64,000 nucleotides of DNA from a virus. Its lineage: Duplodnaviria > Heunggongvirae > Uroviricota > Caudoviricetes. Below are positions 27,577 through 37,148 of this stretch, piece after piece. Within the stretch, counting starts at the first letter, position 1, and each line of letters opens with the position of its first letter. The stretch is from positions 5,058 through 69,057 of the IMG/VR virus record IMGVR_UViG_3300019845_000023, one strand, 5' to 3'. The notes beneath the pieces are model-generated. The model was not told the DNA's origin. It ran no database searches and was given only the letters and a program-made list of their open reading frames with translations. A program made the position numbers and the translations under genes.

Positions 27577-28011
27577 TTACCACCAAACAAGGTTATAAAA
27601 TTCTTCTGGAAATGTGCCGTCAGCGAACTTTTTATCTGCTATCTCAGTTATCTTCTTAGCAAGATAATTTATTCTATCAGCATCTTTTTCGCCTTCTTCT
27701 GCATACTCTTCGCTGTCAAAATAAAAGGTATCACTATCGCATCTTTCAAAAGACTCATTACCATACATCTGAGCATAATTTCTCCATACGATGTCACCGA
27801 TAATCTCAATGTCTCTTGCCTGAGCTTCAGTAAGCTGTACGTGCTCATACCAAATCTGTCTATGATTTGGCAGCCCCATTTCCTCACAGAATATATCTGT
27901 CAAATCGCGGCAATCTATTACTGGTATATTTTTAAATGACTCATGCATTAGCTTCTCTCTCCTTCTCATCAATAATATAATGAATAACATTGTAAGCTTC
28001 GGGCCAGCCAT
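27577..28011 (-). CDS. hypothetical protein
   Basis: ORF track. Confidence 0.5.
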   Translation of the reverse strand: MAGPKLTMLFIILLMRRREKLMHESFKNIPVIDCRDLTDIFCEEMGLPNHRQIWYEHVQLTEAQARDIEIIGDIVWRNYAQMYGNESFERCDSDTFYFDSEEYAEEGEKDADRINYLAKKITEIADKKFADGTFPEEFYNLVWW

Positions 28012-28519
28012 ATACGTGACCTACGCGTTCATCATCTTCATTCCAAGGATAACCCATACAAAGTGGAGTATATGAAATATCTCCCACAAGATTATCCATA
28101 CAATCGTCAAGTAATATGTCAAGTTTGAGAAGTTGCTTCTGACGAATGTTTATAGTGTGACTTTCAACATATCCTTCAGGGAAGAAGCTAAGATTACGAG
28201 ATAAGTGCTTAATCTTTTTGCGTAAATTCTCAGGCAAAGAACTGGTTACAAAGTAAATTTCGTGTCCCTCTTGGTAAAGTTTCTTAATATACTTCTTTGC
28301 ATACTTGATAAGTTTAACCTTTTTCCACATATACTTAGACTCAAAGGCTTCCTTAACAAGACGAGAATAGCCGACTGGCAAATTTTTCTCCAGCCAATAC
28401 TCCTTTACATCATCAATTTTTAAATTGAGATTTGGTATTCTCTCGTTTAAATACTCGATAACTGCTTCAGTAGTATTAACAACTACATTATCGAGGTCTA
28501 TACCGATTTTTAATGTCAT
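27941..28519 (-). CDS. HAD-family 5'(3')-deoxyribonucleotidase-like protein
   Basis: N-terminal IGIDLDNVV (DxDx[TV]) motif. Confidence 0.5.
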   Translation of the reverse strand: MTLKIGIDLDNVVVNTTEAVIEYLNERIPNLNLKIDDVKEYWLEKNLPVGYSRLVKEAFESKYMWKKVKLIKYAKKYIKKLYQEGHEIYFVTSSLPENLRKKIKHLSRNLSFFPEGYVESHTINIRQKQLLKLDILLDDCMDNLVGDISYTPLCMGYPWNEDDERVGHVYGWPEAYNVIHYIIDEKEREANA

Positions 28520-28905
28520 TCATTATCCTCCTCTACAGGGACCCACATTGTCTTAGTTACTTCCTTATATTCGCACTTTTCCGCCACTTGAGCATCATAC
28601 TCAGGAATACCATAGCTATCATGATAAGCAAAGGTCATCATATAGTTTTCATTATCTTCAATTTCAAAGATATAATCTCGCCAGATATATCCGTGGTCGA
28701 AGTATTCACCATCTTGACTCTCATAAGGAAAGACCTCGTAGTTAAAGAGTACAGCAATTTCATCAGAAGTAATCGTTATTCCTGACCTGAACTTCTCCTT
28801 TAATCTTGAAGCTATATACTCCATTTCCTTATTGGCTTCTTCCTCATTATTATTGACCCTATAATTATTGTAATTTTCAATTAACTCCGCATAATCGTAT
28901 CCCAT
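28516..28905 (-). CDS. hypothetical protein
   Basis: ORF track. Confidence 0.5.
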   Translation of the reverse strand: MGYDYAELIENYNNYRVNNNEEEANKEMEYIASRLKEKFRSGITITSDEIAVLFNYEVFPYESQDGEYFDHGYIWRDYIFEIEDNENYMMTFAYHDSYGIPEYDAQVAEKCEYKEVTKTMWVPVEEDNE

Positions 28906-28906
28906 T

Positions 28907-29641
28907 TTAATCCTCCTTATTTAACCTATTCTTTAAACAGAACTTATCATAAAGCAAATCTATCTTCGCAATATCTCGCTGTGTTAATATTGAAAATGTA
29001 TGTGCTTTATAATGAAGATTAGCTATCTTTTGTGCCCCTGTCATCGCCTTTATATCAACAGGACGATGGCGTTTATCATATATAAATATTAAGTCCTCTT
29101 TGATAATTTCAAAGACAATGGTATCACATATCTTACGGTTCTGCGGCGCGCCATTCTTTCTGAGAGTTCCGACCTCGACGCCGCCGTAGCGATTTATAAT
29201 GTTACGATAAAGCTTGACTGCTTCTTCATTATCTGCATAACAACGCCACTCGGCACTTTCGATGCCATACTTCAAGAACATATCCTTGAACATCTGAATA
29301 GCATCTTTCATAAAGGTTCTGTTGTGCTTTCTGAAAGCCATCAGTCCGAAGTTCATTGCACGCTTTGAGGGTTCATATACCCAGTATGAGAAGAAACCGA
29401 CTACTTCTCCCTGTTCATTGACAGAAACAAACTGATACTGATTATCGGGTTTGTCTGCTATATCAGGTATGCCAGGGGTAGTATCATAATAATACATATA
29501 ATCTGGGTCATACCAAGTCTCAGCAATCTTTTCCTTTAGCTGAGCTTCATATAATATTGCAGGTTTAATCATTTTATTCTCCTTCCTTATTTCAAAAAGA
29601 ATTGTACGAAATCGAAGTTTATCTTTAAACACTCCTTGCAT
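28907..29641 (-). CDS. hypothetical protein (possible GNAT-like)
   Basis: ORF track; weak acetyltransferase-like C-terminus. Confidence 0.4.
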   Translation of the reverse strand: MQGVFKDKLRFRTILFEIRKENKMIKPAILYEAQLKEKIAETWYDPDYMYYYDTTPGIPDIADKPDNQYQFVSVNEQGEVVGFFSYWVYEPSKRAMNFGLMAFRKHNRTFMKDAIQMFKDMFLKYGIESAEWRCYADNEEAVKLYRNIINRYGGVEVGTLRKNGAPQNRKICDTIVFEIIKEDLIFIYDKRHRPVDIKAMTGAQKIANLHYKAHTFSILTQRDIAKIDLLYDKFCLKNRLNKED

Positions 29642-29898
29642 AGATGCACTTCTTTATGTTCTACCAAAAACAGACCTCTCTTTGGGTAGAGAACTATTCT
29701 ATTATCAGTATGTTCACTATATGAGATTTTCTTTTTACATCTATCGCAATAATATTCTATAGTTTCCTTTTTCATTAGCCGCCCTCGTTTTTCTTTCTTA
29801 AATAAAACTCGAAGCCGCAGTTGCAAACAAATCCTTTGTATAAGATTCCTGCTCGCGGCGGCGCAAATATAACGAACTTCATCCAGTGCTTTGGACAT
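29587..29898 (-). CDS. zinc-ribbon protein
   Basis: CDRCKKK...CKEC. Confidence 0.45.
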   Translation of the reverse strand: MSKALDEVRYICAAASRNLIQRICLQLRLRVLFKKEKRGRLMKKETIEYYCDRCKKKISYSEHTDNRIVLYPKRGLFLVEHKEVHLCKECLKINFDFVQFFLK

Positions 29899-30008
29899 TT
29901 ATACCGTCCGCTATTGCCATCATCATTGGCATTTGCAACGTGTACTCTAAAGAAAGAACCAAGTTCGTCAAGCTCTTCCTTTGTAAAACTATATGTCTTG
30001 TCAACCAT
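29775..30008 (-). CDS. hypothetical protein
   Basis: ORF track; overlaps its neighbour. Confidence 0.35.
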   Translation of the reverse strand: MVDKTYSFTKEELDELGSFFRVHVANANDDGNSGRYKCPKHWMKFVIFAPPRAGILYKGFVCNCGFEFYLRKKNEGG

Positions 30009-30434
30009 TTACTTCACCTCTGGCTTCTCCTTAAAGAACTTACGAATATTGAACCATTTGTTCTTAGTGATGTGCCCGATGTCAGTAATAATGCCGTCAG
30101 TGATTTTTATTCTGAGATACTTATTAGGTAAATCTTCCCACTTGTTTACACCGATTACCTTTAGAACTTCTCTTATCAGTTCATCGGTATAAGGATAGCT
30201 TATATATTCTGTTGGTCCAAGTGATGGAGTAGTGAAATGACCGAACTGAGTTGTGAAATCAGAGCAATAGTCTGGTGTTGAAAGAGAAGGGTGCGCGTCA
30301 TCATAGAATATAGTTCTTATGTAAAAGAACAATGGCCCTGTGCCGTCGTAGAGACCAAGACAAGTGGACTCTATCTGTGCATTATAAATTCCGTCAACCA
30401 TTACTTGTCCTCCTCGTTGAGGTACTTGATGCAC
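30009..30434 (-). CDS. hypothetical protein
   Basis: ORF track. Confidence 0.5.
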   Translation of the reverse strand: MHQVPQRGGQVMVDGIYNAQIESTCLGLYDGTGPLFFYIRTIFYDDAHPSLSTPDYCSDFTTQFGHFTTPSLGPTEYISYPYTDELIREVLKVIGVNKWEDLPNKYLRIKITDGIITDIGHITKNKWFNIRKFFKEKPEVK

Positions 30435-30970
30435 TCATCAACCTTTGCATTGAAATCCTCAATAACCTGCTCAATAGAAACAGGTGTGCAGTTATGTGCA
30501 TCTGCCGCCACGTTGTACATATAAGGTCTGTCCTCGAAGAACTTATCCTTGCTATGAGTGTGACCGAAGATGTTGATTACTGCTCTATGAGGGTCCTGCT
30601 CAAGACCTGCTGTGAGTGTAGGATAATGGCAGAGGAAGAATGTTCTCTTCTTGTACTTAAGACGGAGTGCGTCAGCAATCTCGACAATATTATCCCAGTT
30701 GTCATACTCATCAATCTTAGCAGGCGTATCGTGATTTCCTACAATAAGATGAATCCTGCCCTTCAGAGTGTAGAGAACGTCCTTAATGAACTCCCAATCT
30801 GTGCCGAGGAAGAAGTCTCCAACAACATAGATGTCGTCCTCATCTGTAACAGTCTTATTCCAATTTTCAATGAGAGCCTTATGCATCTCATTAATGTTGC
30901 TGAACCCTCTCGGTCCAAATACGAACTCTCGGTCATGACCAAAATGGCAATCGCTAATAAAATAAATCAT
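30401..30970 (-). CDS. metallophosphoesterase (calcineurin-like)
   Basis: DCHFGHD...GDFF...GNHD motifs; start trimmed to MIYFISD after AAGGAGG. Confidence 0.65.
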   Translation of the reverse strand: MIYFISDCHFGHDREFVFGPRGFSNINEMHKALIENWNKTVTDEDDIYVVGDFFLGTDWEFIKDVLYTLKGRIHLIVGNHDTPAKIDEYDNWDNIVEIADALRLKYKKRTFFLCHYPTLTAGLEQDPHRAVINIFGHTHSKDKFFEDRPYMYNVAADAHNCTPVSIEQVIEDFNAKVDECIKYLNEEDK

Positions 30971-31130
30971 TTTAATCCTCCTTTTCAACAGATGCCGCCT
31001 CAGCCTTGAACAGAAAAACCTGCTCACGCATTTCCTTATTAGCATCTTCTAACTTTTCAAAAGCCTTTATTCTTATCCACTTGTGATTAAATTTTGCATA
31101 TACTACAAACATTATCTCACTTCTTTCTCA

Positions 31131-31179
31131 TTTTCTATATATATTATATCATAATATAAAAAAAAAGTCAAAGGTTTTT
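31131..31179 (-). promoter_or_regulatory. promoter block; -35 lies inside a terminator hairpin
   Basis: same motif. Confidence 0.55.
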
Positions 31180-31190
31180 ACGCCTTTGAC
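31158..31190 (-). terminator. terminator hairpin overlapping promoter -35
   Basis: GUCAAAGG-CGUAAAAA-CCUUUGAC then U9. Confidence 0.55.
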
Positions 31191-31199
31191 TTTCATAAA

Positions 31200-32777
31200 T
31201 TAGTCTTCCTTCTTCTCGATTAACTTACTGCCGAGAACGCCACCGAGGATTGACTGAATGTCAATACCTGTTGAGCCCTTCAAGCCATCATTAACCTGAT
31301 TGAGGGTTGTCATTATATCGCCTGTGAGCTTAGCTGTGTTACCTTCACCGTACATAGTGATTTTGTCAATCTGTGCCATAGGTGATGCGATTGCTCCAGC
31401 GATTGCAGGAAGCTGCTCGAAGTAAACCTTGAGTGCTTCAATCTGCATATCCATCTTAGCAGCGTCGCCGTACTGCTTCATAGCTTCAGCCTTCTTGAGG
31501 ATACCCTCGGCTTCAGCCTCTGCCTTAGCAAGGAGAGCTGCCGCTTCAGCTTCACCCTTTGCCTTAATACCTGCTGCTTCAGCTTCCATAGCTGCCTGCT
31601 GTGCGAGAGCGGCTGCCTTACGTGCCTCTGCCTTCTGCTGCTCTTCGTAAAGAGCTGCTTCTGCAGCGACCTTCTTAGCTTCTGCTTCACGCTCTGCCTG
31701 AACCTTCTGAGCCTCTGCCTGACGCTCAATTTCGTTCTTCTTAGCTTCTGCTGACTTCTGACGCTCGAACAAGTCTGCTTCTGCCGCCTTCTGTGTTTCG
31801 ATGAGACGAGCTTCAGCTTCCTGCTGTCTTGCGTACTTGTCTGCTTCTGCCTTCTTCTTGATTTCTGCTTCAAGAGCCTTCTCGGTGATGGCTACATTAC
31901 GCTCCTTCAACTCGATTTCCTTTTCGAGCTTAGCAAGGTTTGCATCAGCGGTTGTAGTCTCAACAGTCTTACGCTGTTCCTGCTCCTGAATCTGGTATGC
32001 AGCGTCGGCTTCTGCCTTCTTGATGTCTGCCTGCTTCTTGAGTTCTGCCTTCTGAATAGCAAGCTCATTCTTCTTCTTAGCGATTTCTGTGTCTGCCGCA
32101 ACCTGTGCATCGTTGGCATCCTTCTGTGCCTTAGCCTGAGCGATTGCGATTTCCTTTTCAGCATCTGCCTTAGCGATTGCCGCCTTCTTCTGAATCTTTA
32201 CGGTATTGTCGATACCGAGGTTCTCGATAAGTCCCTGCTCATCAGAGAAATTCTGAACATTGAATGAAACAATTTCGAGACCCATAGCCCTGAAGTCAGG
32301 ACCTGCATTTTCCGCAACCATTTCTGCGAACTTCTTTCGGTCATTTACCATCTCTTCCAAGGTCATCTGACCGATGATTTCACGCATATTACCTTCAAGC
32401 ACTTCTCGTGCTACCTTCGCGATGTCTGTGACGTCCTTATTAAGGAAGTTCTCTGCCGCGATTGATAAAAGTTCTGGATTGCTGGATACCTTTACGTTTA
32501 CATTACCATCAGCAATTACATTGATGTAGTCTGCCGTTGGAACTGAGTTGGAAGTCTTTACGTCTATCTGAATTAACTGGAGAGTTAACTTATCCAATCT
32601 TTCGAGGAATGGAATCTTGATAGATGACTTACCGATGACGGTCTTTTTACGAAGACCTGAGATGATGAATGCGGTGTCTGGCGGAGCCTTTACATAACCC
32701 GTCGCTATAATTACGATGAGTAAGATGATGGCGAGACCGCCGAGAATGAGTCCAAGATTAGCTAAAATTACTGACAT
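31200..32777 (-). CDS. flotillin-like SPFH/band-7 protein
   Basis: N-terminal TM helix, SPFH core, long Ala/Glu/Lys coiled coil; overlapping ORFs are antisense low-complexity. Confidence 0.6.
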   Translation of the reverse strand: MSVILANLGLILGGLAIILLIVIIATGYVKAPPDTAFIISGLRKKTVIGKSSIKIPFLERLDKLTLQLIQIDVKTSNSVPTADYINVIADGNVNVKVSSNPELLSIAAENFLNKDVTDIAKVAREVLEGNMREIIGQMTLEEMVNDRKKFAEMVAENAGPDFRAMGLEIVSFNVQNFSDEQGLIENLGIDNTVKIQKKAAIAKADAEKEIAIAQAKAQKDANDAQVAADTEIAKKKNELAIQKAELKKQADIKKAEADAAYQIQEQEQRKTVETTTADANLAKLEKEIELKERNVAITEKALEAEIKKKAEADKYARQQEAEARLIETQKAAEADLFERQKSAEAKKNEIERQAEAQKVQAEREAEAKKVAAEAALYEEQQKAEARKAAALAQQAAMEAEAAGIKAKGEAEAAALLAKAEAEAEGILKKAEAMKQYGDAAKMDMQIEALKVYFEQLPAIAGAIASPMAQIDKITMYGEGNTAKLTGDIMTTLNQVNDGLKGSTGIDIQSILGGVLGSKLIEKKED

Positions 32778-32806
32778 ATTTTTGTCCTCCTTAATATTTT
32801 AACATC

Positions 32807-32983
32807 AGCCATCGCAGTGGTCTGGTGTTATTGTCAAGTTGCCTACGGCGAAGTTTCTCGCCACTCTGAGTGCCCGCTCTGTCTCTTCGAGCCGCTTTTC
32901 AAGTTCCCTTATATACGCGACTGTTTGAGGCGGGCTGGTTTCAATCATTGTCTTGAGTTCCCAATCTGTTAACTTCTTATACA
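32807..32983 (-). CDS. hypothetical small protein (59 aa)
   Basis: hand translation. Confidence 0.35.
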
Positions 32984-33162
32984 TAGATTACATACACTCC
33001 ATTCCTATGTTTTATTAGGTTTACTCTGCGTTGAGCATATTCAACCCATTGAGATTTATTTCCAACGGCGATGCCCTCAAAAAGAACATCGTCGTGAAAA
33101 GTCAAGCGGATACTTACTTCAGCGAAAGCTTCAAGAGCCGCTATTAGATTCTCCAGTGTCAT
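32977..33162 (-). CDS. hypothetical protein
   Basis: ORF track. Confidence 0.4.
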   Translation of the reverse strand: MTLENLIAALEAFAEVSIRLTFHDDVLFEGIAVGNKSQWVEYAQRRVNLIKHRNGVYVIYV

Positions 33163-33361
33163 TGTCGTACTCCTTTACGATTGTGACCATATCCTTATTA
33201 ACGCCAGTCTTCATCACAAAGTCAGTAAGGATACCTTCGATAGTATTATCGAGTTCCTTTTCTGATTTAGCTGTAAGATATGTCCATGACTTATGCTCTG
33301 TATTGCCGCTGAGTCCTTCAGCGGAAGGAGCTGTGAATGTTACCTTTACATTAATATCCAT
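33131..33361 (-). CDS. hypothetical protein
   Basis: ORF track. Confidence 0.45.
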   Translation of the reverse strand: MDINVKVTFTAPSAEGLSGNTEHKSWTYLTAKSEKELDNTIEGILTDFVMKTGVNKDMVTIVKEYDNDTGESNSGS

Positions 33362-33372
33362 ATGAGTCCTCC

Positions 33373-34305
33373 TTATCTGCTCTTAAGCATATCTCTTACG
33401 TATGTCATTGTAAGGCTACCGCAAATCTTACCAAAGTTCTCGCAAGCTGCGACTACCTCTGGCTCCTCCTTACGGCAATCCTCATACATCATCTTAGGAA
33501 GTACCTTTGCGATTGCTCCCATATCGTGCTCGTCCCAATCAGGTCTAAGCTGACCCTCATCGACAAGCTTCTGAAGACACTTCTCAGTTCTACGAGCAGT
33601 TGCAACACTTGCTATGTACTGTCTCTCAGCCTCTCTCTTCTTGAGCTCCTCTGGGTCTACAGGCTTGTGATGGTCCTGATGAACCTCGGAAAACTTCTCT
33701 GCGACAATCTTAAGGTATGAAGGAGTTCTGCTGTTCTTGTTGTCAAGTCTGTCCTGAGACTTAATAACGACGCCCTCACCACAAGGCTCTGCGCCGAGCA
33801 TAGACTGACCTACAAGCTGGTAAACAGTATCCCAACCTCTGAACTCACCTGTGTAGAAGATAGGAACAAAGTAGATTACCTGCTGAGTAAGCTGTACTGC
33901 GTTCTCAAGTCCCTTGAAGATTGCGTATGTGTCCTCGTGAGGGAGGTACTCCTCTGTCTGAGTATCCCATACGTCGAACATATAGAAGTTCTTGTATCTG
34001 TTCTCAGGGTACTTGATTGTATGCTTTGTAAGCCACTCGCCGAAGATTACATATCTGCCGTGCTGTGTAAGCATATCAATCTGAGAAACGTTGAGCTGCT
34101 GTGCCCAGTTCCAGAAACCGTTGAGTGTGTTAGCCTCATTAAGCTGGTTCTTACGAGAAAACGCAAGAACAGTATTTGTTGTGGGGTCATATGTGAATGA
34201 TGCATTTGAGCCGTCAACCTTCTCGGTAATCGTTACCTGCTCACCGAGTGAAAAGACGGTATCATACTTCTCCTTGAAACGCTCGATATCTACATACTTT
34301 TTCAT
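33373..34305 (-). CDS. RNA ligase 2-family (Rnl2-like) nick-sealing ligase
   Basis: motif I TEKVDGSN, FGEW (III), EGVVIK (IV), K.K (V). Confidence 0.7.
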   Translation of the reverse strand: MKKYVDIERFKEKYDTVFSLGEQVTITEKVDGSNASFTYDPTTNTVLAFSRKNQLNEANTLNGFWNWAQQLNVSQIDMLTQHGRYVIFGEWLTKHTIKYPENRYKNFYMFDVWDTQTEEYLPHEDTYAIFKGLENAVQLTQQVIYFVPIFYTGEFRGWDTVYQLVGQSMLGAEPCGEGVVIKSQDRLDNKNSRTPSYLKIVAEKFSEVHQDHHKPVDPEELKKREAERQYIASVATARRTEKCLQKLVDEGQLRPDWDEHDMGAIAKVLPKMMYEDCRKEEPEVVAACENFGKICGSLTMTYVRDMLKSR

Positions 34306-34325
34306 TTCTTTTTACCTCTTTCTCA

Positions 34326-34372
34326 TTTTCTATATATATTATATCATAAAATATAAAAAATGTCAAATTTTT
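34326..34372 (-). promoter_or_regulatory. consensus promoter block
   Basis: same motif. Confidence 0.6.
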
Positions 34373-34739
34373 ATATGAATTTTCCGCCGTTAATTATTCT
34401 TAGGTCCTTGTATTCAGGGAGTTCGAGAAGTTCATCATCATTTATTGCTCGATAATAACCATTATTTGTAGGGAAACAAACAGCAGTTTTGTCACATACA
34501 AGTTTACCACAGATACGGCATATTCTACCAACGCAGAGTCCGTACCAGTCGTCATAGTTAATGAGAACTTTCTCATAGTCATGCTTATGGTTAGCTTTCT
34601 TAACCTTTTCTTTTACCTTCTTCTTACCTGTTGAAGGTTTATTTTGCGCCGCCTCACCATAAAAATTATTAAGAGAAGAGCGACTGCCGCCCTCTCCATC
34701 CCAACATTCATTTACCTTTCTGTAATCTCCCTTGCCCAT
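34371..34739 (-). CDS. Cys-rich hypothetical protein
   Basis: ORF track. Confidence 0.5.
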   Translation of the reverse strand: MGKGDYRKVNECWDGEGGSRSSLNNFYGEAAQNKPSTGKKKVKEKVKKANHKHDYEKVLINYDDWYGLCVGRICRICGKLVCDKTAVCFPTNNGYYRAINDDELLELPEYKDLRIINGGKFI

Positions 34740-34962
34740 TAGCTACCTCCATATCTTTTCTTGTTTTCCGTGCCCACTTATTCCATTTTTCGATAGCTTC
34801 TTTGCTTGATTTTACATTGATAACTTCATACATTTTAACTGACATTGGACAGTTATGTGTCCTGCATTTTATAATCCAGTAAAAGTATGAAGCCATTCCG
34901 ATTATCTCTTCCTGCTTTTTAGAGATTGTCATTTCATTATCACAATAAGGACATCTTTCCAT
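34708..34962 (-). CDS. zinc-finger small protein
   Basis: CPYCDN...CRTHNC. Confidence 0.45.
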   Translation of the reverse strand: MERCPYCDNEMTISKKQEEIIGMASYFYWIIKCRTHNCPMSVKMYEVINVKSSKEAIEKWNKWARKTRKDMEVANGQGRLQKGK

Positions 34963-35252
34963 TACTTCGTCTCCTCAAAATCTTTTACACCGATGCCGAT
35001 TAAATCTCCTATACCATAAAAGAGGTCATCGCCGTTAGAATGTAACGGAACGCCAAGGCATCTCTTATGCTTACCAACATTCGGCGGTCCCATATCTCTG
35101 ACCTGTGACTCGAAACTTACTTTGTCAATAGTAAATTTTTCAGTAAAGACAAGTCCACAGCTTCGACATTTATAATAACGTGTACCGTCATAATACTTTT
35201 CTCTTCCCATTATGTCCTCCTTAATATACCAGACCAGAGTGACACATTCCAA
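34962..35252 (-). CDS. hypothetical protein
   Basis: ORF track. Confidence 0.45.
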   Translation of the reverse strand: MECVTLVWYIKEDIMGREKYYDGTRYYKCRSCGLVFTEKFTIDKVSFESQVRDMGPPNVGKHKRCLGVPLHSNGDDLFYGIGDLIGIGVKDFEETK

Positions 35253-35625
35253 AGACCAATGTCTCTGGCGTATGGATTATCTCTCTGAACATATTAACTT
35301 CTGTAAGATAATCTCTGAAAGTTTTTGCAATGCGCCGCCCTTCCTTACAGAGAATGATATTCTTCGGCGGCTCATAGTAACCATACACACTCCAGTCCTC
35401 AGCTTCTTTGATAAAAAGATGGTCTACATCAAGAATAACAAGAGCTATTCTGGTCATACCAATGAGCTTAGTCATATCGTGTATCTGTGTATTTGTATCT
35501 GCCGCTGTAGGCTTAATGTAAATTGCGGAGTTTACTTCTGTATCAATAGGAAGTATAAACTCCTTCTTATACTTTTCAAGAATAGTAAAAGGAATATCCT
35601 TTAATTTCATTATTGTAAACTCCAT
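35221..35625 (-). CDS. hypothetical protein
   Basis: ORF track; promoter 35647-35694. Confidence 0.5.
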   Translation of the reverse strand: MEFTIMKLKDIPFTILEKYKKEFILPIDTEVNSAIYIKPTAADTNTQIHDMTKLIGMTRIALVILDVDHLFIKEAEDWSVYGYYEPPKNIILCKEGRRIAKTFRDYLTEVNMFREIIHTPETLVFGMCHSGLVY

Positions 35626-35646
35626 TTATTTTTCTCCTTTAACTGA

Positions 35647-35694
35647 TTTTCTATATATATTATAACATAAAATAAGCGGAAAGTCAAATTTTTT
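35647..35694 (-). promoter_or_regulatory. consensus promoter block
   Basis: same motif. Confidence 0.6.
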
Positions 35695-35741
35695 ATTGAC
35701 TCTCCGCTTTTATAGTTAAATATTACGTTTCAGTTGTCGCG

Positions 35742-37148
35742 TCAATTTTCGCTGGGCTTTGCGCTTGAGTCCTTCTGGACGCCGAAGCCTTTCGCCATAA
35801 GCATTGCCATCAAAAAATCCTTATTGTCGCCGCCAGACTTATCGCTGAGCATAAGGAAAGGAAGCATTGCATTCATGTCCATTGTGCCGCCGTTAGCATT
35901 GTTCATCATAGAGAACATAAGCATAGAGCTCATATCTGTATTACCGTCGCTGAACATAAGGAAAGGAAGTATGTTGCCGAATGGATTCTCAGCATTTGCA
36001 TTTGTGCCGCCGAACATATCCATAGGTGTCATAATCTTAGTGTAGAAATCGAAACCGAAGATAGACTTCTTAGGTGCGAAAGTCTTGATTTCATTGCTCT
36101 TAGGCTCAACAGCAACGATAGCTGTCTTTGCGTTCTCCTTTACGACAAGAGGAGTTCTGTCAGCAGGGTGAAGGATTACATCACCAACTGCAAGCTGTGA
36201 CTTAGACACAGGCATTGCAAAGATAGGAATGTCCATTACCATATCAGATACATTGGTAAGTGAACCGTCCTCATTATATACGTTATATGTTACGCCGTCT
36301 TCTGCCTTAAAAGCGATACCGTTGAAAGAATACTTGATGGTATTTGTATCTACCTTACCGAACATAAAGTCGCCCATTAACTTTTTCATATTCATTGATT
36401 TTTCCTCCTTAATAACTTCTATACTTTTGCCATTTTTAAACACTATTTTAGGCTCTGAATTTACATCACTCAAAGAGAATGAATGTATTGCATCGCCTAT
36501 TGTTACTACGTCATCTTTCTTCACATAGAGTGAAGAAGGTTCGTATTTAACATATACTGGCTCACACTTTTTAATGTCGTAATCTATAATTTTAGACCAT
36601 GCGCCAAGTGCGCTAAGAGCCTCGAGTTTAGCAGGCATACACTTGTAATTAACGTCTCGAAATACTTCTAAGACCTGCATCCAGCTATCGCCATAAGGGT
36701 CTTTCTTAATTGTTCCCATAGACACGGAATCAACATCTGACAAATGCTGAGTTACACGAGCATTGGTCAATACCTTGATTTTGTCACCAACGGCTAAGCC
36801 ATTAAGTGTAGCAACTTCGTAGTAATAGACCTTTGCGTCAGGACTATAATTACCGTCTCTATTAGGGAAGATAGCTGCAATAAAATCGCCTTTAGCCATT
36901 TCTTCCTCCTTCTTTCCTGTTAATACTTCAAGATTAAAAGCTGGTGTGCTAAATGATACTGATATACTTTTATTGGTCTACCACGGCATTTCAAGCATAC
37001 CGCTGCAGGAACAAACTGAATCGTAAGAAGTCTCAACTTTTAGGTCTGAAACTTCCCCGAAGTCAATCTGAATTTTCTCGCCTTTTGAATTTGTGCCCCA
37101 ACCTATAAGTTTATAGGTCTATGGCATAGTAGGGTACTCACTGTACAT
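35742..37148 (-). CDS. hypothetical protein with Met-rich C-terminal repeats; N-terminal extension read through two in-frame TAG codons
   Basis: frame open from ATG 37148 (GGAGGA RBS) through TAG 37119-37121 and TAG 36978-36980 into the annotated MAKGD ORF. Confidence 0.45.

Noticed and set aside
31429-32164. Arg/Ser-rich and Ala-rich ORFs nested in the flotillin gene
   Set aside because: These are alternative frames of a GC-skewed coiled-coil coding repeat. They are typical frame artefacts.
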